64,000 bases of DNA from an uncultured virus (IMG/VR IMGVR_UViG_3300010885_010158) (lineage: Duplodnaviria > Heunggongvirae > Uroviricota > Caudoviricetes): the IMG/VR virus record IMGVR_UViG_3300010885_010158; one strand, given 5' to 3'. Shown here piece by piece: positions 20,374 to 28,704 of this stretch (position 1 is its first letter; the number at the start of each line of letters is the position of its first letter). The translations under genes were made by a program, and so were the position numbers. The notes beneath the pieces were generated by a model that was given only the letters and a program-made list of their open reading frames with translations, was not told the origin of the DNA and did not search any database.

Positions 20374-20610
20374 ATGAAAAGCAAACAAAGCCGTCTTTTA
20401 GCGGCATTTCAAAAGGGCCAAAACTTTACGGCCGGTCAAATCAATTCTAGATTTGATATTAAAAACGTAACTGCTACTGTTAGCAATTTGCGTTCACAAG
20501 GTTTTTGCATTTATGCAAATAAAACCAATGGCATGACAACTTATCGTTTAGGTACACCTACACGTTCAGTTATTGCTGCTGGTATTCGTGCCCTCCGCGG
20601 AACGATTTAA
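20374..20610 (+). CDS. Small basic winged-HTH-like protein
   Basis: GGAG SD then ATG 20374; pattern FTAGQINSRF...TVSNLRSQGFCIY...YRLG. Confidence 0.7.
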   Translation: MKSKQSRLLAAFQKGQNFTAGQINSRFDIKNVTATVSNLRSQGFCIYANKTNGMTTYRLGTPTRSVIAAGIRALRGTI

Positions 20611-20640
20611 TCTTGTTGCCTAATATTGTTTAGGCATTTT

Positions 20641-20687
20641 GAAGAGAGAGGGGAGATTGGACACCGACCCTCTCTTCTTCATTTTTT
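20641..20687 (+). terminator. Putative terminator
   Basis: GAAGAGAGAGGG...CCCTCTCTTCTTC followed by T run. Confidence 0.6.
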
Positions 20688-20783
20688 ATTTTAGGATTAT
20701 ATTATGGATATTTGGAAAAATATAGTAGACCAGATTGCTGGTTATTCACCATCAAAATTAACTCTACGTGAGAAATTTAAATT

Positions 20784-21146
20784 ATGGCTAGCAAGAAAGA
20801 TTTAAAAGATATTGTGAAAGCCAGTCAAAATTCAAAGACTGGTGGACGAAAGTTTGATGGTGACAAAGCTCAATACGGCTTGTTGCCACCTTTGGCATTG
20901 AAAGCCACAGCAGAAATTCTAACATTTGGTGCACAGAAATATGAACCAGATAATTGGAAGCATGTTCCAGATTCTAAACGCAGATATTTCGATGCACTAC
21001 AACGACATGTTTGGGCATGGAAAGAAGGCGAGCAAAATGATCCAGAATCTGGAAAGAACCACCTAGCACATGCTTTATGTTGTCTCATGTTTTTATATGA
21101 ACACGACGTAAAATATAGTGTACAAAATGACAAAAATGTGGTATAA
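20784..21146 (+). CDS. dATP/dGTP diphosphohydrolase-like protein (DUF5664 type)
   Basis: GRKFDGDK, LTFGAQKY..DNW, DPESGKNHLAHA motifs. Confidence 0.8.
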   Translation: MASKKDLKDIVKASQNSKTGGRKFDGDKAQYGLLPPLALKATAEILTFGAQKYEPDNWKHVPDSKRRYFDALQRHVWAWKEGEQNDPESGKNHLAHALCCLMFLYEHDVKYSVQNDKNVV

Positions 21147-21147
21147 T
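21119..21147 (+). promoter_or_regulatory. Phage promoter overlapping end of upstream gene
   Basis: TGTACA-N17-TATAAT. Confidence 0.85.
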
Positions 21148-21174
21148 ATATATTATTAATCGTGAGGAATCAAT

Positions 21175-21849
21175 ATGAAGTTAACTAAAGAGACGATTGC
21201 AATTTTAAAAAACTTTGCAATCATTCAACCAAACCTTATGTTCAAAGCGGGAAGCGAACTTAAAACTATTGCTGAAGCTAAGAATATCGTAGCTAAAGCA
21301 ACAATCACTGAACAAATCCCCCAAGATTTTGGCATCTATGATGTCAATGATTTCTTGTCATCGTTATCATTATTCAATGATCCAACATTTGATTTCTCTG
21401 AAGATGGTAAATCAGCATATATCTCAGAAGGTAAATCATCTTTGACTTACTTTTTCTCTGAAGAATCTTCATTGACATTCCCACAAAAAGATGTCTCAAT
21501 GCCTCAAACAGATGTGTCATTTGTATTGACAGACACAGTGTTGAGTTCATTGAAACGCGCCACATCACTATTATCTGTATCAACAGTAGCTATTGAAGAT
21601 GCTGGTAGTGGTATGGTAATTCGAGTTAAAGATGCTAAAAATAATACATCTAACTCATATGGTACTGAAGTAGAAGGTAATAACGGCAATCATAATTTTA
21701 AATTCCATTTCGATATCAGTAATTTTAAAATTTTACCAGGCGATTATGATGTATCCATCTCTGGTAAATTAATCTCTCATTTCAAACACAAGACATTACC
21801 TATTGAGTATTGGATTGCACTTGAAAAATCATCAACTTATGAGGCATAA
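21175..21849 (+). CDS. gp45: Sliding clamp
   Basis: MKLTKETIAILKNFA, FGIYDVNDFL, YWIALE. Confidence 0.95.
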   Translation: MKLTKETIAILKNFAIIQPNLMFKAGSELKTIAEAKNIVAKATITEQIPQDFGIYDVNDFLSSLSLFNDPTFDFSEDGKSAYISEGKSSLTYFFSEESSLTFPQKDVSMPQTDVSFVLTDTVLSSLKRATSLLSVSTVAIEDAGSGMVIRVKDAKNNTSNSYGTEVEGNNGNHNFKFHFDISNFKILPGDYDVSISGKLISHFKHKTLPIEYWIALEKSSTYEA

Positions 21850-21851
21850 TT

Positions 21852-22064
21852 ATGAAGTTAACAGACTTACAATTAGTAGTACAAATCATAGATTTGGCAT
21901 CTGAAAAAGGTGTATTTAAAGGTGCTGACCTTAAAACAGTCGGCGAAGTACGTGAACGCATTATTGAATTTGTAAAAGCAAATGCTCAACAAGTCCCACC
22001 ACAACCAGCAGAAACAGCAGCAGAAGGAGTAACAACAGATGAGTCTAACACAGAAACTAAATAA
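21852..22064 (+). CDS. Hypothetical protein
   Basis: 70 aa ORF in replication operon. Confidence 0.7.
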   Translation: MKLTDLQLVVQIIDLASEKGVFKGADLKTVGEVRERIIEFVKANAQQVPPQPAETAAEGVTTDESNTETK

Positions 22065-22299
22065 TCCATCAGATCGTAAAGCAGTCTACGATGCTATTGT
22101 AGAGATATCTAATTCTATGACTCGCATGGAAGCAGAGCGTGATCTTATCAGTGAAACTTTAAAAGATGTAGCAACTAAATACGAGTTACCACAAAAGTAT
22201 ACACGTACGCTTGCAAAGATTTATCATAAACAAAACTTTAACGAGTTTAAAGCTGAGCAGTCTGAAGTAGAAGATCTATACGAATCTATTAGCGCTTAA
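22039..22299 (+). CDS. dsDNA-binding protein, T4 DsbA-like
   Basis: Helical pattern ending LAKIYHKQNF...EVEDLYE resembles T4 DsbA. Confidence 0.65.
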   Translation: MSLTQKLNNPSDRKAVYDAIVEISNSMTRMEAERDLISETLKDVATKYELPQKYTRTLAKIYHKQNFNEFKAEQSEVEDLYESISA

Positions 22300-22330
22300 T
22301 TATTGTACTATTTTATTATGGGGTTTTTGA

Positions 22331-23269
22331 ATGCAAGACCAATTTTTATGGGTAGAAAAGTATCGTCCTAAAACAATCGATCAGTGTATCCTTCCAAAAG
22401 CTCTTAAGGATACATTTCAAACAATAGTCAATAACGGTGAATTGCCAAACCTAATGTTCTCAGGAACTGCAGGTCTTGGCAAAACCACTGTCGCGCGAGC
22501 CTTATGTGAACAACTTGGCATCGACTATATCATCATCAATGGATCTGAAGAAGGTAACATCGACACTCTTCGTACAAAGATTCGTCAGTTTGCATCAACA
22601 GTATCATTACAAGGCGGTTATAAATGTGTGATCCTAGACGAAGCAGATTATCTTAATCCACAATCAACTCAACCAGCTCTTCGTGGATTCATTGAAGAAT
22701 TTGCTGATAATTGCCGATTCATCTTAACATGTAACTTTAAAAATCGCATCATTGAACCACTTCATTCTCGTTGTGGCGTCATCGACTTTAAGTTTGATAA
22801 AAAACAATTAGCTGGTCTATGCGGTCAATTCTTAACACGTCTTAAAGATATCCTTACAAAAGAAAGCGTAAGATTCGAAGAAGCTACATTAGCTGAACTA
22901 ATTCTGAAGCATGCTCCAGATTGGAGACGTGTTCTTAATGAAGCTCAACGCTATTCTGTTGGTGGTACCATCGATTCTGGTATCTTAGTTACACTCAATG
23001 ATAAGTCTATCAAAGATTTAATGGAAGCACTTAAAGCTAAAAACTTTAAAGGCATGCGCGAATGGGTTGTCAATAATATTGATACAGAACCACATGCTAT
23101 CTTCCGTAAAGTTTATGATGTTCTTAGTGAACACCTCCAACCACAATCAATTCCACAAGTGATTCTTATACTTGCTGATTATCAATATAAGAATGCCTTC
23201 GTAGCTGACCATGAGCTAAATGTTGTTGCATGTATGACAGAAGTTATGGCTAATGCGGAGTGGAAATGA
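22331..23269 (+). CDS. gp44: Clamp loader ATPase subunit
   Basis: LWVEKYRP, GTAGLGKT, ILDEAD, SRC. Confidence 0.96.
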   Translation: MQDQFLWVEKYRPKTIDQCILPKALKDTFQTIVNNGELPNLMFSGTAGLGKTTVARALCEQLGIDYIIINGSEEGNIDTLRTKIRQFASTVSLQGGYKCVILDEADYLNPQSTQPALRGFIEEFADNCRFILTCNFKNRIIEPLHSRCGVIDFKFDKKQLAGLCGQFLTRLKDILTKESVRFEEATLAELILKHAPDWRRVLNEAQRYSVGGTIDSGILVTLNDKSIKDLMEALKAKNFKGMREWVVNNIDTEPHAIFRKVYDVLSEHLQPQSIPQVILILADYQYKNAFVADHELNVVACMTEVMANAEWK

Positions 23270-23448
23270 TGCTAGCTAAAATATATCCCAAAGAACAATT
23301 TTGGTTTGTAGAATATATAGATCAAGATACTGATACACCACCTGCTACAGGTATTTTTGTAGAATTACAAGATGCTAGACAAGCAGCAATTGAATGGTGT
23401 AAAGGAGTCGTCGAAAATGTGGCGATTGTGGGCAAAAGCGATTGGTAG
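23266..23448 (+). CDS. Hypothetical protein
   Basis: ATGA overlap with gp44 stop. Confidence 0.6.
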   Translation: MMLAKIYPKEQFWFVEYIDQDTDTPPATGIFVELQDARQAAIEWCKGVVENVAIVGKSDW

Positions 23449-23566
23449 TAAAGGAAGTGCTAATAATTCTGAAGCCGACAAAATAGCTATTATTAGAACA
23501 CTTATCCTTTGCAGCTATCTTATAACTAACCTGGTTATTATTGCAGGTGTAATACATCATTGGTAA
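23417..23566 (+). CDS. Small membrane protein
   Basis: MWRLWAKAIG... with C-terminal TM; GGAG SD. Confidence 0.65.
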   Translation: MWRLWAKAIGSKGSANNSEADKIAIIRTLILCSYLITNLVIIAGVIHHW

Positions 23567-23569
23567 TAT

Positions 23570-23944
23570 ATGAATCCTTTTGAATATGTAAATGCTATCT
23601 GCGATACTAAACAAAATCTTATCGTAGATGAGCTAAGTGAGAAAAATTATAATCCTTTCATGGTGAATAGATCTTTGTCCTATCACTATGACACTGTCCT
23701 GCTGGCTAATGAAATGAACCAGCGCCATTTCCTAGATAAGAAGCTTCAAAACGAGTTTCTTATAAATACAATCAGGAAGAAAAAAAGGTTTGCCAAATGG
23801 ATAAAACCTATTTCTTCTGATGATTTGGAAGTGGTTAAAGAGTATTATGGCTATAGCAATGAGAAGGCTCGTCAAGTTCTGCCTCTGCTTAGTCATGATC
23901 AAATGGGACAATTGAGACAAAGGATTTTTAAAGGTGGAAAATAA
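23570..23944 (+). CDS. gp62: Clamp loader small subunit
   Basis: YNPFMVNRSLS, ANEMN, VKEYYGYSNEKA. Confidence 0.93.
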   Translation: MNPFEYVNAICDTKQNLIVDELSEKNYNPFMVNRSLSYHYDTVLLANEMNQRHFLDKKLQNEFLINTIRKKKRFAKWIKPISSDDLEVVKEYYGYSNEKARQVLPLLSHDQMGQLRQRIFKGGK

Positions 23945-24359
23945 CGAAAAGAGCGTCGAGTGGACGCCAGCTTCTATGCTGGAAATCACACTAAACGAGC
24001 CGGACGATTTCCTAAAAGTACGCGAAACTCTAACTAGAATTGGAGTAGCGTCACGTAAGGATAAAAAGTTATATCAATCTTGCCATATATTGCATAAGCA
24101 AGGTAGATATTTCATCGTTCACTTCAAAGAATTATTTGTATTAGATGGCAAGCCGTCAACTATTACAGAAAACGATATTCAAAGACGAAACACAATCGCG
24201 GTATTATTATCGGATTGGGGTCTTGTGACTATAAATAATGTAGAACAATCCAAAGATCGGGCTCCTTTAAGACAAATCAAAGTACTGGCATTTAAAGAGC
24301 GCGATGAATGGGAATTGTGTCCTAAATATAATATAGGTAATACACGAAAAGAATTCTGA
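23934..24359 (+). CDS. regA: Translational repressor
   Basis: DDFLKVRETLTRIG, LYQSCHILHKQGRYFIVHFKELF. Confidence 0.97.
   Translation: MENNEKSVEWTPASMLEITLNEPDDFLKVRETLTRIGVASRKDKKLYQSCHILHKQGRYFIVHFKELFVLDGKPSTITENDIQRRNTIAVLLSDWGLVTINNVEQSKDRAPLRQIKVLAFKERDEWELCPKYNIGNTRKEF
24230..24237 (+). promoter_or_regulatory. Late promoter inside regA, upstream of hsp20
   Basis: TATAAATA. Confidence 0.55.
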
Positions 24360-24432
24360 TCCTTCGGGATCCGAACATGGTGATAGTAACCATGTAAAAA
24401 ACTATCACTCTCATGCCCATTCTGGGGTGAGA
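24358..24432 (+). promoter_or_regulatory. Structured hsp20 leader (UUCG hairpin, pseudoknot, hairpin)
   Basis: Complementary segments detailed in findings. Confidence 0.6.
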
Positions 24433-24467
24433 TTTTAATAAACTTAACTCGCTTAATAGGAGCTATT

Positions 24468-24998
24468 ATGAACACATTAGTAAAACAACTATTCGAAAAA
24501 CCTTTCGAAACTTTAAACGTATCTTCAAAAGACTTTGATAAGTTCTTTGTTGGTTTTGACGATCAATTCGACAAACTAGCGAAACTTCAACAAGACTTTG
24601 CAAAGAACGTTCCGAACTATCCTCCATATAACATCCGCAAAATAGCCGATAACAAATATGTTATTGAACTTGCTATTGCTGGTTTCGCGCAATCAGATGT
24701 AGAAGTTACAATCGACGGTAACAAACTTACTGTTACTGGTAAAACTACAGATGACGCAGAAACAGATTACCTATTTAAAGGTATTGCAAATCGTGCATTC
24801 ACCCGCACATTTGCTTTAGCTGATAAAATAGAAGTTGAATCTGCTGAGATGGTTAATGGTATGTTAAAAGTTGCTCTTGAAAAGTTGGCTGAAATTTCAA
24901 CTGTTAAGAAAATTGACATAAATTCTTCAGCTAAAAAATCCAAGAAAAAGTTTTTAACAGAGGATGAAGAATATGACACAGCTGCTGAAACTCTTTAA
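24468..24998 (+). CDS. Small heat shock protein (Hsp20/IbpA-like)
   Basis: NYPPYNI, IELAIAGF, KGIANRAFTRTF, NGMLKV. Confidence 0.95.
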   Translation: MNTLVKQLFEKPFETLNVSSKDFDKFFVGFDDQFDKLAKLQQDFAKNVPNYPPYNIRKIADNKYVIELAIAGFAQSDVEVTIDGNKLTVTGKTTDDAETDYLFKGIANRAFTRTFALADKIEVESAEMVNGMLKVALEKLAEISTVKKIDINSSAKKSKKKFLTEDEEYDTAAETL

Positions 24999-25074
24999 AG
25001 ATGTAATTGGTGGATTGTATGAAGGCATCATAATGATGCGCAAACATAAAGCTGATAGGTTTAATAGATTATGA
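24973..25074 (+). CDS. Small hypothetical protein (33 aa)
   Basis: MTQLLKLFKDVIGG...; ATGA-coupled to next mini-ORF; not in ORF track. Confidence 0.4.
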   Translation: MTQLLKLFKDVIGGLYEGIIMMRKHKADRFNRL

Positions 25075-25148
25075 ATAATTGGATACCTATGACTGATGAT
25101 GATTGGGATTGGGTTAACGGTATACCACCTAAAAAATCTAAGTCTTAA
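25071..25148 (+). CDS. Small hypothetical protein (25 aa)
   Basis: MNNWIPMTDDDWDWVNGIPPKKSKS, followed by hairpin. Confidence 0.4.
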   Translation: MNNWIPMTDDDWDWVNGIPPKKSKS

Positions 25149-25153
25149 AAACC

Positions 25154-25182
25154 GGGAGGCTTAAGTGCCTCCCATCTCTTTT
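25154..25182 (+). terminator. Putative terminator
   Basis: GGGAGGC-TTAAGT-GCCTCCC then T-rich. Confidence 0.55.
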
Positions 25183-25194
25183 ATAGATAATACT

Positions 25195-25395
25195 ATGAAA
25201 GAAAAAACAAACCATTTAGTTTCAATGGAAACGGTTCGATTAGGAGATTGGTATATAAAAGCCAGTCAAATGAAAGGATATGTTTTATTGATTATGATAA
25301 ATTTTTATAATGCTAAGTTTGTTTTACAACATGTTGATGATGTACATAAGGCAAACTTAATCGTTGAATACGTTATTGAAAAAGGTGATTTATGA
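25195..25395 (+). CDS. Hypothetical protein
   Basis: ATG 25195; ATGA overlap with next gene. Confidence 0.6.
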   Translation: MKEKTNHLVSMETVRLGDWYIKASQMKGYVLLIMINFYNAKFVLQHVDDVHKANLIVEYVIEKGDL

Positions 25396-25682
25396 TTAGA
25401 GTACTTCAATTAGTAACTGCACAAGAAATTATTGGTGAAGTTACAGAAACCGCAGATACATTTACTGTTAAAAATCCTGCAACAATCCACATGGTACCAC
25501 AACAAAACGGTGGTTCATTCGGAATCGGACTAATACCATTTATGCCGTACTTAGATGGTTCTCAAGTTAATATCAATAAAGACAAAATAGTAATTACCGC
25601 AGAACCTTCAGTGGATATGCGAAACAATTACAATAAAATGTTTGGGAGTGGCATTCAAATAGCCAATGTAATACCAAAATAA
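25392..25682 (+). CDS. Conserved hypothetical protein upstream of gp43 (Sm-like)
   Basis: LVTAQEIIGEV, GLIPFMPY, YNKMFGSGI pattern. Confidence 0.8.
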   Translation: MIRVLQLVTAQEIIGEVTETADTFTVKNPATIHMVPQQNGGSFGIGLIPFMPYLDGSQVNINKDKIVITAEPSVDMRNNYNKMFGSGIQIANVIPK

Positions 25683-25696
25683 GATTCAAAAAAGCA

Positions 25697-25725
25697 TGTA
25701 CTTTTTTTTCTCGTTATGGTATAAT
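25697..25725 (+). promoter_or_regulatory. Phage promoter for gp43
   Basis: TGTACT-N17-TATAAT. Confidence 0.85.
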
Positions 25726-25732
25726 AGGCTAT

Positions 25733-28249
25733 ATGGAATTCTACACAAACATTTCTCGCTACGGCAATCAACTTCTTTACCGCGGTTATAAAGACGGTAG
25801 ACGAATACAAACAAAAATCCCCTTCTCCCCTACGCTGTACGTACCAGTAGAAAAATCTACTGCATGGAAAGCTCTCGACGGAAAGTCAGTTGAACCTGTC
25901 CGTCTCGAAACCATGCGTGAAGCTAAAGAATTCGTCGAACGATATAAAGATGTATCGAACTTCGAGATCTATGGCAATACAAACTATATTGCTCAGTTCG
26001 TAGCAGAAAAGTTTCCTAATGAAATCAAATTCGATTCTTCATTAATCAATATCACCACTATCGATATTGAAGTTGCTTCTGACGAAGGATTTCCTGAACC
26101 TGAACAAGCTAATTATCCTATCACAGCAATTACAATTAAAAATAACATAGACAACATTTTCTATGTATTCGGTCTTGGTGATTATGATGTGTCTAAGTCA
26201 ATCATGAAAGACAATCTTGTTAAATACGAGAAGTGTCGTGACGAACATGAATTGCTAATCAAGTTCATTGCCCATTGGGGTACACCTTCTCATATGCCAG
26301 ATGTTGTAACTGGTTGGAATATTCGTAACTTCGATATTCCATATATTATCAATCGTGCAGCTCGCATTGTGCATGAAGATACTATTAAAAAGTTATCTCC
26401 ATGGGGTAGAGTCGAAGAAAAGCAAGTCACTATGCAGAAAAGACAAGTGCAGATGTATGATATCATCGGCGTAGCACAACTTGATTGGATGGATCTCTTT
26501 AAGAAATTTGGTTATACCTTCGGCCCACAAGAAACATATCGCTTAGATCATATCGCCAATGTAGTACTCGGTGAACGTAAACTAGAATACGATGGTACAT
26601 TACATTCGTTGTATATGACAGATCATCAAAAATTCATCGACTATAATATTCGAGATGTAGATCTTGTTGATCGTATGGAAGACAAAGTAGGTTTGATCGT
26701 ACTATGCTTTACGATGGCTTATAGAGCTGGTGTTAATTACAGCGACACATTCGGCACAACTGCTATTTGGGATAGTTTAATTTATCGTTATTTGTTACCA
26801 CAAAATATTGTAGTACCACCAAATAAAGAATCTATTAAAGAAGCATACGACGGTGGTTATGTTAAAGATCCACAATGCGGTGTTCACGATTGGGTTGCAT
26901 CATTCGACGTCAATTCACTTTATCCTAATATCATTGTTCAGTGGAATATGTCACCTGAAACTATCATACGAGGTCGTCATGACCATCGTGTGTCACCAGA
27001 TTCTATTCTTGAAGGATATCAACCTGAAAAGACAGAATACGGTATTGCAGGCAGCGGTCAAATGTTCTCTAATCAAAAGCAAGGTTTCATGCCTAAGATC
27101 ATCGAAGAGATGTATGACGAACGCGTGAAGATCAAAACGCTTATGCTCGATGCTAAAAAAGAATTAGAAGCATCTGATAAGACGAATAAACAAGAAATGT
27201 ATAGAATTGAACGAGACATCGCTCGATATGAAAATCAACAGACATCTATTAAGATTCTATTAAACTCTCTTTACGGTGCACTAGGCAACAAGTATTTCCG
27301 ATACTTTACTATGGAAATTGCAGAAGGCATCACATTATCTGGTCAAATGATTATTCGATGGGCAGAAAAAGCTGTAAACGAATATCTTAATAAAGCATTA
27401 AAGAATAAAAAAGAAAAAGACTATGTCATCGCTATTGATACTGATTCTGTTTATGTTAATCTTAGTGAGGTTGTTAAGGTAACTAATATAACTGACAAAA
27501 CAAAGATAACTGATTTCTTAGATAAACTATGCACTGATTCAATGGAATCTGTTTTAAGTAAATCATTCGATGAACTTGCAGATACGATGAATGCATATAA
27601 GAAGCGTCTTAGCATGAAACGAGAAGCTATCGCTGATCGTGCGATATGGACTGCTAAGAAACGATACATCTTAAACGTACTAGATAATGAAGGAGTACGC
27701 TATGCTAAACCTAAACTCAAGATCATGGGGATTGAAGCGATCAAGTCCTCGACACCGGGCACGTGTCGCACGGCTTTTGAAGAATTGTTTCAAGTGCTCA
27801 TCAGTGGTACGGAAGCTGAAACTCAGACTTTTATTCAAAATTATAGAGAGAAATTTGATCAACTTCCAGCGCACGAAAAAGCATTCCCTCGGGGAGTCTC
27901 GTCGGTTAAAGAATATCAATCGCGCGACACGCTCTACAAGAAAGGTACACCCATAAATTCACGTGCAGCCATCTTGTATAATCACATGCTGCAAAAGCAA
28001 GGATTGAAAACTTACACACCTATCAAAGGCGGTGATAAGATTAAATACATTTACTTGTATCCTCATAATCCTATGAAAGAAGATGTTATCGGCTTTGTCG
28101 ACATCTTACCTCCAGAATTTAAGCTTGATAAGTATATTGATAATGACAAACAATTCGAAAAAGCTTTTTTAGAACCAGCGAAATTGATTCTCGATGCGAT
28201 CGGTTGGAAAGCAGAAAAAATAGCATCTCTTGAAGATTTCTTTGCTTAA
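25733..28249 (+). CDS. gp43: Family B DNA polymerase
   Basis: DIEV exo I, SFDVNSLYP, KILLNSLYGALG, IDTDS, KKRY. Confidence 0.98.
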   Translation: MEFYTNISRYGNQLLYRGYKDGRRIQTKIPFSPTLYVPVEKSTAWKALDGKSVEPVRLETMREAKEFVERYKDVSNFEIYGNTNYIAQFVAEKFPNEIKFDSSLINITTIDIEVASDEGFPEPEQANYPITAITIKNNIDNIFYVFGLGDYDVSKSIMKDNLVKYEKCRDEHELLIKFIAHWGTPSHMPDVVTGWNIRNFDIPYIINRAARIVHEDTIKKLSPWGRVEEKQVTMQKRQVQMYDIIGVAQLDWMDLFKKFGYTFGPQETYRLDHIANVVLGERKLEYDGTLHSLYMTDHQKFIDYNIRDVDLVDRMEDKVGLIVLCFTMAYRAGVNYSDTFGTTAIWDSLIYRYLLPQNIVVPPNKESIKEAYDGGYVKDPQCGVHDWVASFDVNSLYPNIIVQWNMSPETIIRGRHDHRVSPDSILEGYQPEKTEYGIAGSGQMFSNQKQGFMPKIIEEMYDERVKIKTLMLDAKKELEASDKTNKQEMYRIERDIARYENQQTSIKILLNSLYGALGNKYFRYFTMEIAEGITLSGQMIIRWAEKAVNEYLNKALKNKKEKDYVIAIDTDSVYVNLSEVVKVTNITDKTKITDFLDKLCTDSMESVLSKSFDELADTMNAYKKRLSMKREAIADRAIWTAKKRYILNVLDNEGVRYAKPKLKIMGIEAIKSSTPGTCRTAFEELFQVLISGTEAETQTFIQNYREKFDQLPAHEKAFPRGVSSVKEYQSRDTLYKKGTPINSRAAILYNHMLQKQGLKTYTPIKGGDKIKYIYLYPHNPMKEDVIGFVDILPPEFKLDKYIDNDKQFEKAFLEPAKLILDAIGWKAEKIASLEDFFA

Positions 28250-28251
28250 CA

Positions 28252-28280
28252 TGTACAGCGAGAAAATTATGTGGTATAAT
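28252..28280 (+). promoter_or_regulatory. Phage promoter
   Basis: TGTACA-N17-TATAAT. Confidence 0.85.
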
Positions 28281-28300
28281 ATTATTTTAAGGAGTAAAAT

Positions 28301-28702
28301 ATGAGTAGAGATTGGGTACAAGATATACAGGAAATGCATACTAAATATGGTGTGCGAGAAGTCGTTAGAAACTTTGATGCACCTAAGTTAGACACATATC
28401 TAACATTCAGAGCAAATTTTTTACAAGAAGAATTAGATGAACTGAAAACATCTAAGAATGCAGATGATGCTGTTGATGCTTTGATCGATCTTTGTGTTGT
28501 AGCAATTGGAACATTAGATGCATTTGGTGTAGATTCATATACTGCATGGGATCGCGTTCATAGAGCAAACATGAATAAAGAAGTTGGTATTAAAGAATCT
28601 CGACCAAACCCATTAGGATTGCCAGATCTTATCAAGCCAGAAGGTTGGACAGCACCAAGCCATGCTGACAATACTGCATTGCTTGAAAAGATCTATGACT
28701 AA
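28301..28702 (+). CDS. MazG-like all-alpha NTP pyrophosphohydrolase (candidate dCTPase/dUTPase)
   Basis: LQEELDEL, DALIDL, VHRANMNK, DLIKPEGW.AP motifs. Confidence 0.8.
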   Translation: MSRDWVQDIQEMHTKYGVREVVRNFDAPKLDTYLTFRANFLQEELDELKTSKNADDAVDALIDLCVVAIGTLDAFGVDSYTAWDRVHRANMNKEVGIKESRPNPLGLPDLIKPEGWTAPSHADNTALLEKIYD

Positions 28703-28704
28703 AT

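Noticed and set aside
20784..21146. 2-aminoadenine (Z) genome
   Set aside because: No purZ-like gene in the window; the hydrolase alone is insufficient evidence
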